This document shows, piece by piece, positions 1 through 13,176 of a DNA stretch of 64,000 nucleotides (position 1 is its first letter; every line of letters starts with the position of its first letter). Where the stretch lies: contig OZ219791.1 of the NCBI GenBank assembly GCA_964291215.2, positions 1,088,001 to 1,152,000 on the forward strand, read 5' to 3'. The notes beneath the pieces are model-generated. The model made no database searches and had not been told where the DNA came from. It was given only the letters and a program-made list of their open reading frames with translations. The stretch is from Alphaproteobacteria bacterium (GTDB lineage: Bacteria > Pseudomonadota > Alphaproteobacteria > MPNO01 > UBA830). Both the position numbers and the translations under genes were made by a program.

Positions 1-600
1 GGCCGCTCCTCGCGGCCGTGCCGTGTACATGACAGCCGTCCATGCTGTCGGAACCGAAGCCGGGCTTCCGCCCGGGCCCCTGAGGGCCCTTTCCCCGAAA
101 TTGTTGTCCATGGTCGACGAACACGCGATGGTTGAGCGCAGCGGCCTGCCTTCCGGCGCCGCTTTCGGAAGCCTCGGCGCTTCCGCAAACAGCGACCGCA
201 GTCTCCGGCGCCGCCTGCGCGGCCTCGAACGCCGCCGGAAGCAAGGCAGTCGAGCCGTGTTCAGGCGGCAGATCTCCGCGATCGATCCATTCCCACCCCT
301 CCAGCTGCGGCCGGCGCAGTTCGGAAAGTCGCGCCGACAATGCGCCCGACAACAGCACAGGATGATGAAGGGCCACAGGCGCGCCAGCTTCTTGCAGGCG
401 CCGCAGCGGTCGTAGACATGGGGGCGTCCGCGAACAGCTTCGCCGCGACCTCGGCGCTGCGCGAGGGAGAGGACCGCGTCCCGAACAGGGGCAGCATCTG
501 GCTCGCTGGCCAGCGTTCCCGGCGAAAGCCCCTGGACGCGGCGCAAGGGCCGCATGCACGCGCTCGTGCAGCACATGCGTCCACACGCCGGTCCCGAATG
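1..600 (-). pseudogene. IS66-family transposase (TnpC) C-terminal remnant
   Basis: Minus-strand fragments resemble the IS66 motifs 'AHCRRDF' and 'MDNNFGERALRGP'; broken by frameshifts. Confidence 0.6.
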
Positions 601-601
601 C

Positions 602-1831
602 CAGGTGTTTCCCACGCTGCATTCAATTTTGCTGTCTTCTGCTGTCCGGAGGTTTCACGGCGTGCCGGGTTTTCTGGCTTCGCGGTCGTCGCCGGCGCGT
701 GGGCGGGTCGTTTTCGGAATGCGGGCGGGTTGTGGGCGGCGTCCGGGAATCGGCCGGACACCATTGGCGCTCAGGGCTGCGACGGCTTCCCGGCGGTCGA
801 GCCGCAGCCGTGTTTCGGCGAGGCTCTCGCGTCGGTTGGCGAAGATCACCGCGAGCACGATGTTGTCGAGGCTGGCGCGGTTTGCGGGTCAGGCAGGCGT
901 CCTCGCCGAAGACGCAGTCTCGGTGGTTCATGTTTTTCACGGCCCGCGGCCGCAGCAGTTCCTCTGGCGACGCGTGTTGCGCATCGAGCTGATGTACCGG
1001 TGCAGTCGTTGCCGCTCGCTGCGCCGCTGGCGCTCTTTCCCGGCGGCTTGCGGTAGCATGCGGGCGATCTGCCGGGATAGTTGATCAGGTCCTCGAGCGG
1101 CACGCGCTGCTCGAGGCAGGCCTTGCCTCCTTGAAGCGACCGTTGGCTCCCAGTCGATGCCGTCGAAGGTTTCGGGCGCCCTTGACCGGGAAGACGTGGT
1201 CTGCACCGCAGCGCCGGGTGATCAGCGTCGCCGGCGTCGTGCGGGTGATCACCTCGCCGCGGACATCGGTGCGCTCGAGGAGGTGGCCGCCAGCTCGCCG
1301 TCGTCGAAGTTCAACAGCGCGAAGGGTGCGCCGGAGGCGTGAGGGCCACGGTCTCGTGGTGGCCGTTGCGGTTGGCGCCGCGGATGCGCTTGCCGTCGGC
1401 GGCAAGCGCATCCGCGGCCGAGCACATCCTCGAGCGCCTCGGGGTCGATCGACCGGACGACCCGGTGGAGGGTCGCCCTGGAGGGCGGCTCGCGCAGCCC
1501 CGTCCTCGGGTTCCGCCGATGGCCTCGAGCTCGTTCCGGGACAGCGACCGCGCAAACTGCGCAGCTGCCTTTCATGTTCGCAAGCTCGGCGAGAACGTGA
1601 GCACACCGTGTGCTTCCTGCGCGGCGGAAGTCCTCGATCGCCGCAGCTCGTCGTGCAGCGAACGCATCACCTCGGAACCCCGGGGAACGAGGAGGCAGGC
1701 GGCGCCCGGCAGCGCCTGCGGGCGCGACAGCAGCCGTCGCGCCGCACAACGAAAATCTCCTTGCCATGGGGGTCGGTGCAGCGCCCGTTGGGCGGGCAAA
1801 TCCCTTGGTCCGGCGCACGCCAGCCCGCCGC
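602..1831 (-). mobile_element. Degraded ISAs1-family transposase element (3' part), right end at about 602
   Basis: Fragments 'PSRATLHRVVRSIDPEALEDVL', 'VITADA', 'CVFGEDACLTR', 'LAVIFANRRESLAETR'; end sequence CAGGTGTTTCCCACGCTG at 602. Confidence 0.7.
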
Positions 1832-2002
1832 CTTATATGACTAGGTTTTGTCCCCGTGATGATGCAATCATCCACAGCGGTTGGGGGCGGGAAAATGTGG
1901 ACAACCTCGACTGTGGGGGAGCGCCCGGTCCATGGTTGCAGAGAGATTCCGCTCCCCTGTGCGAGCACGCACAGGGGAGCGGGGTGCGGGGATCAAACGA
2001 TG

Positions 2003-4574
2003 CCCTTGACCATCAGTCCGCGCGACGGGTCTCGACGATCAGCCTCGCGGGTGGTGTGGAGCGCGTCGAGGGTGAGCAGACGGCCGGCGCCGTCGCGGCG
2101 TGGACGGCAGCGGTCTCCCCGTCGTGACAGTTGAGGATCGAATACCGGCCAGCGAGACCGTCTCGTAATGATCCTCGCCGGTGCGGCCGCGCTTGCCGTC
2201 GTTGCCGACCTGCGGCTGCGCGCCGCATCCTCGATCCATCCCGGGTCGGTGTTCTGCAGCACCCGGTGCACGGTGGAGACCGGCTTGTTCCTGTTCTTCC
2301 ACGCTGCTCCAGCTCCTTCTGCGTCGTAGTGCGCCACCGCGCCGGTTCGCAAGCCGCGCCATCACGCACAGCACCGAACCGATGCGGTGCCCCGCGCCGG
2401 AAAGCGCCGTTGATAAATCGAGCGCAACTCCTGCGCCGACCAGCGGCGCCCGCAACTCCCACGACGCAGGAAGCGGCGAACGATCCCGCGTCACGACGCA
2501 GCGGAAACACGTAAAGATCCTTCGCCTCCCCGGTCGGCGCCCGCTGGCGCGCGCATGGCTCCTGCCAACGCACTCCCGGTTCGCCGCCTTGTACATGGTG
2601 CCGCTGAACTTCGTCGGCGAGACAAACTTCTCCGCAACGTAACTGCTCACCCCCTGGTTCCGGCTTGATGTCGGGGTAGAGTAACGAACGGGTTTTCGTG
2701 GAGATTTGACACTGCAGGCCGATTCGTTTAGTGGTGGTAATCGAGAACGACGGGGACCGCCAGTGGGCTACTTTGGATCGAAGGCGACGAGCGGGCTGTG
2801 CCAGCTGCTTCCGGGGCTCCGCATGATCTGTATGTGGAAACGCATCTCGGAAGCGGCGCGCTAATGAAGCGCAAGGCCGGGTGATGGCGACGGGCGGCGC
2901 GCGAGGAGTTCGAAGCGGCCAAGACCGCGGCGCTGCCGGCAAGGTGGCGGAAGAGGCCGTCATCCGCGTCCTCGTCATCCTGCTCGACATCCTCATCGTC
3001 GTCCTTCTGGAGAAGACCACGCACGAGCCGGAACTCCGGTCTGCCGCCGTCACAGACGGACAAGAGCGTGCCGGAAGCAAGGGCCCGAAGCCGAACCGGC
3101 AGATGGGCGACAACCTGCGCAAGATCATCGTCGAGGAGACGGTCGCGGCCTGCGACGCCTGCGGCGCTGACGGCGTCGTCGATCGGGAGCGCCGCACGAC
3201 ATCGTGTTCGAGGTCGTCGAGCGCCGCGCCGAGATCAAGGAATGCCCGAAGTGCAAGGCCCGGTTCCCCGACAACATCCCGTGCAGTACGGCATCGGCAT
3301 CCAGGCCCTCGTCATCAACCTGCTGGTCGCCCAGATGCTGTCCCTGCGCCGTGCCGTCGCGCTCGTGCAGGCGATCTCCGGCATCAAGCTCTTCGAGGCC
3401 TCGGCTATGCTTTCACGATGCGTCATGGGAGGAGGCCGCCGTGGCGCACCTCCTGCAACGCCCGATGTCGACGATTTCGGATCAACGGCAAGTGGCTTCA
3501 TGTCGTGGGACCCTGACGTGCAAGTTCCCGCACCGCAAGCGCGGGCAAGAGATCGGCCCGTGCTACAAGGGCGTCCTGGGCCTCGTACATGGGCCAGTGT
3601 AGCCACCAGCTGTGCGGCAGCCACCTGCTGCGCGAACTGACCTTTGTCGTCGAGGCTACCGCGCGACTGATGAAGAGCCTGCTCCGCGAGGTCTGCCACA
3701 AGGTCAACAAGAGCGCATCCAAGACCCTGAACGACGCCGGGCGCAAGCGCTACCGCACCATCAGGGCGCCAGGGAACTGCCCGATATCCCGCCGAAAGGA
3801 AAACGTGGACGCAAGTCCGACGCGCACAACCTGCACGAACGTCTCGTGAAACACGAAAACCTGCGCTTCACAGACGACCCCGACGTCAGCTTCACCAACA
3901 ATGCCGGAGAACAGAAGATCAGGATGGCAAAGGTCAAGGTGTCCGGATGCTTCCGCTCCACGCAAAAGCATGGTGCCGGGGCTCAAGCTACCTCACCTCC
4001 ATGGCCGCACTCGGCTACAATCATCACGTCGCAACCCAGATCGCCCTCGACGGAAAAGCCGCAGACATCATCAACGAGCACTACGACCAATCAGAACCCA
4101 ACTAGGGGTGAGTAGATACTCCGCAACAAGCAACGGCAGCCTCCCGGTCGCCGCCGCACCATCCGCGACAACGCAAACGAGGCCCGGAAACACCCGGCGA
4201 CCACCAGGAACAACAAACCTCGTGTTGTTCCCGGCAACCGCCTGAACTGTTCCTCGCGGCGCCAGCCAATCCAACGGTCCCGCGGCCGAGGGCGCCCGTC
4301 TGCCAGCCCGCAGCGCCAATCCACCGCCCGCGCCAGGTGAACACGCAGACCTCGACCGGCAAACTGCTTGAAACCAAGATACCGTCAACGACACGATTCC
4401 AGCGACATCAGGCCGCGCAAGGCGCACAACCACATCCCGGAGCGCAAAACCCTCCGGAGTCGTCTCAAAAAAATCCGCTGCCCCCACGACAACGGATACT
4501 ACGCCGCTTCACAAAAAGCCGGCGAAAATGCGAATCATCCTGAGCAAGCCAAACCGACCCTTTCAACAAATCTG
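2003..4574 (-). mobile_element. Degraded DUF4338-ISAs1-type element (5' part), split by IS66 copy 1
   Basis: Near-identical to uninterrupted paralog 53770-54870; motifs 'RDRWIGW', 'NNTRF', 'STVHRVLQNTDP', 'TLDALHT'. Confidence 0.7.
2639..4119 (+). mobile_element. IS66-family non-autonomous element copy 1
   Basis: Terminal IRs GTAACTGCTCACCCC / GGGGTGAGTAGATAC; 8-bp TSD TCCGCAAC (2631-2638, 4120-4127); empty site seen at 54410-54417; 'HQLCGSHLLREL', 'FTNNAGEQKIRMAKV' remnants. Confidence 0.9.
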
Positions 4575-5061
4575 GCGTGAGATCACCGTGGGACATTCGT
4601 GCGGCGGCGCGTCGTTTTGCGAACGACGCCACGAGCTGGCGGGCACGTGGCTTCGCAGCCTCGAGGTGACCCGTGTGGTGATGGAGGCGACAGGCCGCTA
4701 TCACCGCCAGTATCTTCATGACCGGGGCTTCGAGGTTGTTCTGCCCGCTGCGGGCCCGGCGTTTCGCCGAAGCGTTGGGCCATCTGGCCAACCGCGTCGA
4801 CGCTGGCCAGGATCGGCACGATGGTCGGCGATCTTGATCCTGTAGCTCCTCAGGAAGCCTTCCTCAAGAGCCTGGAGGATCTCCTGGTGCCGCGCTTGTC
4901 GACGCCAGGCAAGTGGCAGATGAGGTGGATGGCGAGAGCGTCACAAGGGCCTCGGCGGCCTATCTCGATGATTGCCAGGCTGGATGCGGCAATCAAAGCG
5001 GTGATCGCCGGTGATCCCGAGCAGAGGTACGGCATCCTGACCTTGATCCCCGGTCCGGTGA

Positions 5062-5349
<288 letters not shown>

Positions 5350-5373
5350 TGAGTGAGCGAAGGAGACCCCCTC

Positions 5374-5630
5374 ATGGCCTCACCTCTGCCGAGAAACAGC
5401 GCCGTTATCGGGAACACCGCAAATCTCTGCCCACGGAAAGCCCCGTCGTTCCCGTGCGCAACGCTGGCGCGATGCGGTGGCTCGGTGCAGTGCAGGAGCA
5501 CTATCGGGACTGTCTCGACAGTCTCCCAGCGCGACACGAATTACGGAGAACGTCTGCAGATCATCGTCGAGGCTGACATCGCGGATCTTGAGGACATCGA
5601 ACCGTCGCGCGGCTACGGACGGGACACCTG
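5374..5630 (+). pseudogene. Small cargo ORF of the IS110 element ('LTSAEKQRRYR...EPSRGYGRD'), frameshifted
   Basis: AGGAG RBS at 5361-5365, ATG 5374; homologous remnants in copies B and C. Confidence 0.55.
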
Positions 5631-5853
5631 GAACCCCATTGATCACGGTAACGTTACCATGCCCGGGGACGCTGGACGGCAAGGTGGCCGCGCTCACGTG
5701 ACCAATGGACGGCAACCCGCCGCCGGGACCACAAGCTGCATGTCGCCTCGCTCGCAGGGCAAGGACAAGGCGGAACCCCGGACCGCCTGTGGACAACCAC
5801 GGAAAACACCACCGCGGACACCCGCAAAAGCCTTGCCAGGAAACATGGATGCT

Positions 5854-6201
5854 CGGGATGCCAGGTCGCCATCATCGCCAGGCGCTTGTCCTCGCCGTCG
5901 CCGACCGGCTCCACGGTGACCTCGCCAAGCTCCTTCGGAGAACCTGCGAGTGGCTTGTCGGGACAGTCCCGCTCAAGGGTGCCGGTGTCGAGGCCTTGGT
6001 GCAGGAAGGACGATGCCGAACGCCGAGGCAAGACCAGGCAGGGCCGCACGCAGCAAGGCACAACTCGCCCTTCGCGTTGCGCCAGTCCTCGCGCTCGCAC
6101 AATCCCTGCGCCAAGGACGAGCGCGTGCTGCTCTCGGCAACCGACGCCGCCTTCAGCCAATCAACCGTCGTCGTGGACAGATGTCGAAAGCCAATTCTCA
6201 T
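5854..6201 (-). pseudogene. N-terminal DUF4338-type domain remnant of a transposase (probably continues into 602-1831)
   Basis: 'MRIGFRHLS...STRSSLAQGLCEREDWRNAKGELCLA'; rejoins in frame with the flank at 1831 when IS110 copy A is removed. Confidence 0.55.
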
Positions 6202-6246
6202 GGGCCACTATATAAGGCCTCATGAACGACGAGTTAATCATGGTTC

Positions 6247-7748
6247 GTAACTGCTCACCCCCCCCTGGTTCCGGCTTGATGTCGGGGTAGAGCAACGAAC
6301 GGGTTTTCGTGGAGATTTGACACTGCATGCCGATTCGCTTAGTGGTGGTCATCGAGAACGACGGGGACCGCCAGTGGGCTACTTTGGATCGAAGGCGACG
6401 AGTGGGCTGTGCCAGCTGCTTCCGGGGCTCCGGCCCCCGCATGATCTGTATGTGGAAACGCATCTCGGAGGCGGCGCGCTGATGAAGCGCAAGGCCGGGT
6501 GATGGCGACGGTCAACGCGGCGCGCGAGGAGTTCGAAGCGGCCAAGACCGCGGCGCTGCCGGCAAGGTGGCGGAAGAGGCCGTCATCCGCGTCCTTGTCA
6601 TCCTGCTCGACATCATCATCGTCGTCCTCCTGGAGAAGACCACGCACGAGCCGGAACTCCGGTCTGCCGCCGTCACAGACGGACAAGAGCGTGCCGGAAG
6701 CAACGGCCCGAAGCCGAACCAGCAGATGGGCGACAACCTGCCATCGTCGAGGAGACGGTCGCGGCCTGCGACGCCTGCGGCGCTGACATCGACGGCCCCG
6801 TCGATCGGGAGCGCCGCACGACATCGTGTTCGAGGTCGTCGAGCGCCGCGCCGAGGAATGTCCGAAGTGCAAGGCCCGGGGCCGGTTCCCCGACAACATC
6901 CCGTGCAGTACGGCATCGGCATCCAAGCCCTCGTCATCAACCTGTTGGTCGCCCAAATGCTGTCCCTGCGCCGTGCCGTCGCGCTCGTGCAGGCGATCTC
7001 CGGCATCAAGCTCTCCGAGGCCTCAGCTATGCTTTCACGATGCGTCATGGGAGGAGGCCGCCGTGGCGCACCTCCTGCAACGCTTGATGTCGACGAGACC
7101 GGATTTCGGATCAACAGTAAGTGGCTTCATGTCGTGGGACCCTGACGTGCAAGTTCCCGCACCGCAAGCGCGGGCAAGAGATCGGCCCGTGCTACAAGGG
7201 CGTCCTGGGCCTCGTACATGGGCCAGTGTAGCCACCAGCTGTGCGGCAGCCACCTGCTGCGCGAACTGACCTTTGTCGTCGAGGCTACCGCGCGACTGAT
7301 GAAGAGCCTGCTCCGCGAGGTCTGCCACAAGGTCAACAAGAGCGCATCCAAGACCCTGAACGACGCCGGGCGCAAGCGCTACCGCACCATCAGGGCGCCA
7401 GGGAACTGCCCGACATCCCGACGAAAGGAAAACGTGGACGCAAGTCCGACGCGCACAACCTGCACGAACGTCTCGTGAAACACGAAAACCTGCGCTTCAT
7501 AGACGACCCCGATGTCAGCTTCACCAACAATGCCGGAGAACAGAAGATCAGGATGGCAAAGGTCAAGGTGTCCGGATGCTTCCGCTCCACGCAAAAGCAT
7601 GGTGCCGGGGCTCAAGCTACCTCACCTCCATGGCCGCACTCGGCTACAATCATCACGTCGCAACTCAGATCGCCCTCGACGGAAAAGCCGCAGACATCAT
7701 CAACGAGCACTACGACCAATCAGAACCCAACTAGGGGTGAGTAGATAC
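6247..7748 (+). mobile_element. IS66-family non-autonomous element copy 2
   Basis: Same TIRs as copy 1; 8-bp TSD CATGGTTC (6239-6246, 7749-7756). Confidence 0.9.
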
Positions 7749-8005
7749 CATGGTTCGTTGAAAGACCCCGACCCCATCCAGCTGATCCCGAAACTGCGCT
7801 TGTGAAATCCCTCCTCGGCGCCACCACACCGGAACCATCAATCCACTGCCTGTGAGCGCTCGCTGAAATCAGACTTGGGCAGTTACCATAATTCACTTTT
7901 TTAGGCGGTCTGATTTACCAGATGGAACCGCAACGAGGCTCCAACATACTTGCCTGATCCGAGGTCATGCAGAGGCGCGGTAACGGTCGCGAATGTGCTT
8001 GGCTT

Positions 8006-9142
8006 TCAGCCGAGAATGGTGAGCACCCCGGTATAGCCGTAGAGGCGGTTTCGGGAGATCTCACCGTTGGCGAAGAAGCCGACCAGTGGTACGTCGCTTC
8101 CGACTGCCGCCTGTACCGCCTTGAGTTCCTCGGAATTCTTGCCGAACAGGTTGGGGCCCCGGGCAACGCATGAATAGTAAAGTGCTGCCCGCGGTGACCT
8201 GTCAGCGCGGACAATGACCCCGCTCAGCATGCGATCGAGATCCTGTGCCGCCGCGGCGCCGTCGCGGCGCACGAACATGATCCGGTCTCCCGTTGCCACC
8301 CGCTCGCCTATGGCGACGAGCTTCTCCTGGGGATCTATGCCGACGACATTGCGGACTAGGTAATCGCCGCTGTCGTCCCCCGTTATCGGCAATGCGGCAT
8401 GGATGTAGCCACCGGCCCGCTCGAGATTTCGGGCCAGCACGTCGCCGATGTCTTTCTTGAACACATCGAGGGCTGGCCGGCCGTCGAGCTCGATGAGGAT
8501 ACTGTCCTTGGCACGACTAACCTCGTGTATGTCGCTCAGCGGCGTACAGCCCTGGCTGAGGCCGCAGGTCGCCGGTACGGTGGCCGAGAAAAGCACTCCC
8601 GACACGCCGCCCTCAGTGAGCCGGTCGGCGATCTGCGTGTGCCGTCCGCGCGAGGCCGTAAGGCCGCCGACCAGGAAGGCGTCGGTGTCGTCGGAAATCG
8701 AGTTCAAAATATCGGCCAGGTAGGCATTCCGGGGATCCGCGTGGACAACGCCGAACACGGCCCCTTCCGAGCCGATCCATTCGGTCACGTCGTCGGGAAG
8801 CGCCTCGCCCGGCTTCTCAATGGTGGGAAGGATGCGAAACCCGTTTGCAGGCAGGGCTCCGGCCATCGCGGCGATCGCTGGCCGTCCGAAATACTCTTGG
8901 CCGCCAACCATGACGCCGAGCCCGATCGTCCCGGCCCAGTGTTCGATGCCGGTGCGCTCCCGGAATTGGTCGGCGATCAGCGGCAGGTCGTCGTCGAGGA
9001 GGTCGGTGACATAGATGAACCCGAGATTGGCGTCCGCGGGCATGTTCCCGAACTGCTCCAGACAGGAATCCGTCAGAGTTTCCCAGTCGGCGTCCGCCGC
9101 GTGACCGAGCCTGAAGGCGTCGGTTGCAGTTGCGGTTTGCAT
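8006..9142 (-). CDS. FIST domain signal-transduction protein
   Basis: Motifs 'LVGGLTASR', 'GLSQGCTPL', 'YLVRNVVGID', 'YYSCVARG', 'LVGFFANGEI'; GGAGGAG RBS before ATG 9142. Confidence 0.85.
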   Translation of the reverse strand: MQTATATDAFRLGHAADADWETLTDSCLEQFGNMPADANLGFIYVTDLLDDDLPLIADQFRERTGIEHWAGTIGLGVMVGGQEYFGRPAIAAMAGALPANGFRILPTIEKPGEALPDDVTEWIGSEGAVFGVVHADPRNAYLADILNSISDDTDAFLVGGLTASRGRHTQIADRLTEGGVSGVLFSATVPATCGLSQGCTPLSDIHEVSRAKDSILIELDGRPALDVFKKDIGDVLARNLERAGGYIHAALPITGDDSGDYLVRNVVGIDPQEKLVAIGERVATGDRIMFVRRDGAAAAQDLDRMLSGVIVRADRSPRAALYYSCVARGPNLFGKNSEELKAVQAAVGSDVPLVGFFANGEISRNRLYGYTGVLTILG

Positions 9143-9143
9143 G

Positions 9144-9755
9144 TCAGTCTCCTCCCGCCGCAAGCCAGCGGAGCACATATGGCATCATGCGGTCAACGAT
9201 GACGTCGACGCCGCGGGCATTGGGGTGGATGCCGTCTTTCTGGTTGAGATCCGGCTCCGCGGCGACGCCGTTGAGGAAGAAGGGGTAGAATGCGGAGCCG
9301 TGTTTTTGGGCAAGCTCGCGATATATCCGCCGGAATGCGGTCTCATAGGCCTTGCCCCAGTTTGGCGGCGCATACATACCGGCCAGCAGTATCTTCACGC
9401 CGGCCGCGCCGAGTTGCGACAGCAGCCGGTCGAGATTGGCGCGCGTGGTCGCCGGGTCTATGCCCCGGAGCGCGTCGTTGGCGCCGAGCTCGACGATCAC
9501 ATGGGTCGGCCTGTCGGCGAGCGCCCAGCCGACCCGGGCCAGTCCGCCGGCGGTCGTGTCTCCCGACACGCCGCCGTCGAGTACCACGACCTCGAGGCCA
9601 CGGCTGCGAAGTTCCGCCTGGAGCCGGGCTGGAAAGGCCTCTTTCTGCGCCAGGCCGTAGCCGGCGGTCAGGCTGTCGCCGAGCACGAGGAGCCGCGTGG
9701 CCTGCGACAGCGCTGGCGAGGCCCCGAGCGCCGAGACGAGGCAGGTCGCCGCCAT
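9144..9755 (-). CDS. tesA: Arylesterase / acyl-CoA thioesterase I (SGNH hydrolase); start uncertain
   Basis: GDSL block 'LGDSLTAGYG', 'GVSGDTTAGG', 'ELGANDALRG', 'DGIHPN'; divergent from ybbA. Confidence 0.88.
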   Translation of the reverse strand: MAATCLVSALGASPALSQATRLLVLGDSLTAGYGLAQKEAFPARLQAELRSRGLEVVVLDGGVSGDTTAGGLARVGWALADRPTHVIVELGANDALRGIDPATTRANLDRLLSQLGAAGVKILLAGMYAPPNWGKAYETAFRRIYRELAQKHGSAFYPFFLNGVAAEPDLNQKDGIHPNARGVDVIVDRMMPYVLRWLAAGGD

Positions 9756-9843
9756 TGCCGTTTGGAGAATTCCTCGGAACAACCTATATGAGGGCGGTCG
9801 CCCGATCAGCGGACGGCGCGGGACAGGGAGGGACGAGAGCGGC

Positions 9844-10530
9844 ATGTCCGGAACCATTGTTCGTTTGGAAGATGTCGAACTGAGACTGGAGAGCAAGGCG
9901 GGGCCGGTCAATATCCTGAAAGGAATAAATCTCGGAATACGCACCGGAGAGACGGTGGGCGTGACCGGGCCATCGGGATCCGGCAAGACCTCGATGCTGC
10001 TGCTGGTCGGCGGTCTTGAACGCCAGACCGCCGGCATGGTCGAGGTCGCCGACCAGGACCTGAGCGCGCTCGACGAGGATGGCCTGGCGCGGTTTCGGCG
10101 CGACAATATCGGCATCGTGTTTCAGGACTTTCATCTCGTTCCGACCATGAATGCCTTGGAGAACGTAGCGATTCCGGTCGAACTTGCCGGTCTTGGCGAT
10201 GCGTTCGACCGCGCCAGCGAAGCTCTCAAATCGGTCGGGCTCGGACATCGCCTGTCGCATTTTCCCGGCCAGCTTTCCGGCGGAGAGCAGCAGCGGACAG
10301 CGATTGCGCGCGCAATCGTGTGCGAGCCGGGACTGCTGCTCGCCGACGAGCCCACCGGCAATCTCGACGGCAAGACCGGCGACGCGGTGATCGACATTCT
10401 CTTTGATCTGCGCGCCGAACATGGGGCGACCCTTGTCTTGATCACCCACAACTCCGCACTGGCCGCCAGATGCGCACGGCGCATCGGTCTCGACGACGGC
10501 TGCGTGGGCGCAGACACGGCGCCGGTCTGA
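9844..10530 (+). CDS. ybbA: ABC transporter ATP-binding protein
   Basis: Walker A GPSGSGKT, signature LSGGEQQR, Walker [13 protein letters not shown]; classic tesA-ybbA-ybbP layout. Confidence 0.88.
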   Translation: MSGTIVRLEDVELRLESKAGPVNILKGINLGIRTGETVGVTGPSGSGKTSMLLLVGGLERQTAGMVEVADQDLSALDEDGLARFRRDNIGIVFQDFHLVPTMNALENVAIPVELAGLGDAFDRASEALKSVGLGHRLSHFPGQLSGGEQQRTAIARAIVCEPGLLLADEPTGNLDGKTGDAVIDILFDLRAEHGATLVLITHNSALAARCARRIGLDDGCVGADTAPV

Positions 10531-10551
10531 GGCCGGCCGCGGCGTGAAGTC

Positions 10552-13077
10552 ATGACGGGCGCCGGAACCGCAGCGCGCATTGCCTTTCGCGAATTGCGCG
10601 GGGGAATACGGGGGTTCAGGGTCTTTCTGGCCTGCCTCGCGCTCGGCGTTGCCGCCATCGCGTCGGTTGGCTCGGTGACCTCATCGGTATTGTCGGGACT
10701 CGATCGGGACGGAGCGATTCTGCTGGGCGGCGACGCCGCGCTGCGCATAACCCACCGTGACATCGCACCCGGGCAGCGCGCCTGGCTCGAACGCGCCGCC
10801 GACGTCTCGCGGGTCGTCTACCTGCGGTCGATGGCCCGCGCGGCCGCCGGTGACAGGCGTACCCTCGTCGAGATGAAGATGGTCGACGAAGCCTATCCGC
10901 TCTACGGCCGGCTGGATACGCAGCCCGCCTTCGATCCGGATTTCCTCGCGCACGACGGCGGTGCGTGGGGTGCCGTCGCCGATTCGGCCCTGCTTAGCCG
11001 CCTCGGGATCAAAATCGGAGACACTGTCAGGATCGGGGACGCGATCTACCGGATCCGCGGCGAGATCCTCGGGGAGCCCGACCGTGTGTCGGGCGCGCGG
11101 GCGCTGCAATTGGGGCCGCGTTTCATCGCCTCGGCGAAATCCGTCGGAGACAGCGGACTGGTTCGCCCGGGCAGCCAGGTCTGGTACTTCTACCGGGTCA
11201 GGTTTGCCGAACCGGCGCTGCTCGAATCTTGGAAGGAGGAACTCGACGCCGCCTTCCCCGATGCCCAGTGGACCGTCCGCGACCGCGGCGACGCGTCGCC
11301 GGCAATCAAGCGGCTCGTCGGCCGGGCATCGCTGTTCATGATGCTGGTCGGCCTGGTCGCGCTCCTCGTCGGCGGTGTCGGCGTCAGCAACGCGGTTCGC
11401 GACTTTCTCGCAGGCAGGATGCGTACGATCGCCACCCTGAAATGCGTCGGCGCCTCGTCGGCCATGATCTTCGGGATATATGTAATCCAGATCCTGGCGA
11501 TGGCGGCGCTCGGGGTTGCTCTTGGCCTCGCCGTCGGCGGGCTGGCGCCGGCGCTGGCGGCGGACCTCGTGCGGGATGTCGTTCCGGTTGCCGTGCGGGT
11601 GGACATCAACGCCATGCCGCTCATCCTTGCTGCCGCCTTCGGTTTTCTGACGGCGCTGGCATTCTCGATCTGGCCCCTCGCCCGGGCCTGCGAGTTGCCG
11701 GCTGCGGCCCTGTTTCGCGACACAGTGGCCCGCACGCGGGTGTTCCCGCGATGGCCATTCATGGCCGTCACTGTCGTGCTTCTTGCACTGCTTGCGGTGC
11801 TGGCGGTGACCACCTCGCGGGATCCGGCGATCGCAGCTTGGTTCGTGTGTGGCGCTGCCGGCACCATGCTGCTGTTCGCCGCCGCTGCCCGCGTAGTTGC
11901 CTGGATAGCCCGGAATCTCGACGGGATAGGCGGCATGGCCACCCGACTGGCGCTGGCCAACCTGCACCGGCCGGGGGCTCCGACCGGCAGCGTCATCCTG
12001 TCCCTCGGTCTCGGGCTGACGGTTCTCGTCACCGTGGCCCTGATCGAGGTCAATCTCGGGCGGCATATTATCAGGAGCCTACCCGAGCGGGCGCCGGGCT
12101 ATTTTTTCATTGACGTCCAGACCGACCAGGTCGGGCAGTTCGAGAAGATCGTGAGCAGTGCCGAGGGCTTTCGTGAACTCCGCAGCACCCCGATGCTGCG
12201 CGGTCGCGTGACGCGCCTAAACGGGGCCGCCGCACGCCCGGAAAACGTGCATCCGGAGGGGCGCTGGATCCTCCGCGGCGACCGCGGCGTCACCTGGTCG
12301 CGGGAGCTGCCGCCAGACGAGACCGTGGTCGCTGGCGAGTGGTGGCCCGCGGACTATACCGGCCCGCCGCTGGTTTCCATGTCGGCAAATGCGGCTGCCG
12401 ACCTTGGCCTCGGGATCGGCGACACGATCACGGTCAATATACTCGGGCGCAATATGACCGCAGAGATTGCGAACCTGCGCAACGTACGCTGGCGGACACT
12501 CCGCATGAACTTCCTCTTCATCTTCTCGCCGGGTGTGCTTGAGGGCGCTCCGCAGACGCATCTTGCCACGATCCATGCCGACCCGGTTCACGAACGCGCC
12601 ATCGAGCGCACGGTTGCTGACGCTTTCCCCAACGTCACGGCGATTCGGGTTCGGGACGTGCTCGATACGGTGAACGCGCTTGTTGCGCGGCTCGGAGTTG
12701 CGATCCGCGCGACCGCGACGGTCGCGATTGTCGCCGGGGTGCTGGTGCTTGCCGGCACCGTCGCCGCGGCGCATCGCCGACGGATGTACGATTCGGTGAT
12801 CCTCAAGGTGCTCGGCGCGACTCGCGTGCGGATCATGGGCGTGCTGCTGCTGGAATACGGCCTTCTCGGGCTGTTCACGGCGGCTGTCGCCGCGGTCATC
12901 GGTTCGGTGGCGGCCTGGGCAGTGGTAACCGAGGTCATGCGCTTTCCCTTTCAGCATGATCATGAAGCTGTCGCAGCAACCGTGCTCATCTCCGTGGCGA
13001 TCACGCTCTCGCTGGGGCTTGCAGGAATCTGGCAGGCCTTGCGCCAGAAGGCGGCTCCGTTGCTTCGCAACCAGTGA
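10552..13077 (+). CDS. ybbP: FtsX-like ABC transporter permease
   Basis: 841 aa, two FtsX-type TM blocks, 'RELRGG', 'YPLYG', 'FFIDVQ'. Confidence 0.85.
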   Translation: MTGAGTAARIAFRELRGGIRGFRVFLACLALGVAAIASVGSVTSSVLSGLDRDGAILLGGDAALRITHRDIAPGQRAWLERAADVSRVVYLRSMARAAAGDRRTLVEMKMVDEAYPLYGRLDTQPAFDPDFLAHDGGAWGAVADSALLSRLGIKIGDTVRIGDAIYRIRGEILGEPDRVSGARALQLGPRFIASAKSVGDSGLVRPGSQVWYFYRVRFAEPALLESWKEELDAAFPDAQWTVRDRGDASPAIKRLVGRASLFMMLVGLVALLVGGVGVSNAVRDFLAGRMRTIATLKCVGASSAMIFGIYVIQILAMAALGVALGLAVGGLAPALAADLVRDVVPVAVRVDINAMPLILAAAFGFLTALAFSIWPLARACELPAAALFRDTVARTRVFPRWPFMAVTVVLLALLAVLAVTTSRDPAIAAWFVCGAAGTMLLFAAAARVVAWIARNLDGIGGMATRLALANLHRPGAPTGSVILSLGLGLTVLVTVALIEVNLGRHIIRSLPERAPGYFFIDVQTDQVGQFEKIVSSAEGFRELRSTPMLRGRVTRLNGAAARPENVHPEGRWILRGDRGVTWSRELPPDETVVAGEWWPADYTGPPLVSMSANAAADLGLGIGDTITVNILGRNMTAEIANLRNVRWRTLRMNFLFIFSPGVLEGAPQTHLATIHADPVHERAIERTVADAFPNVTAIRVRDVLDTVNALVARLGVAIRATATVAIVAGVLVLAGTVAAAHRRRMYDSVILKVLGATRVRIMGVLLLEYGLLGLFTAAVAAVIGSVAAWAVVTEVMRFPFQHDHEAVAATVLISVAITLSLGLAGIWQALRQKAAPLLRNQ

Positions 13078-13176
13078 TTTTCGCCGGGCGCGGCACCCTG
13101 CAGGCTTGATAATTCCTCGGCCCGATATATATTGTGTGACTGTAAACGGAAACTCTACAGACTTGAGAGGGGTCAC

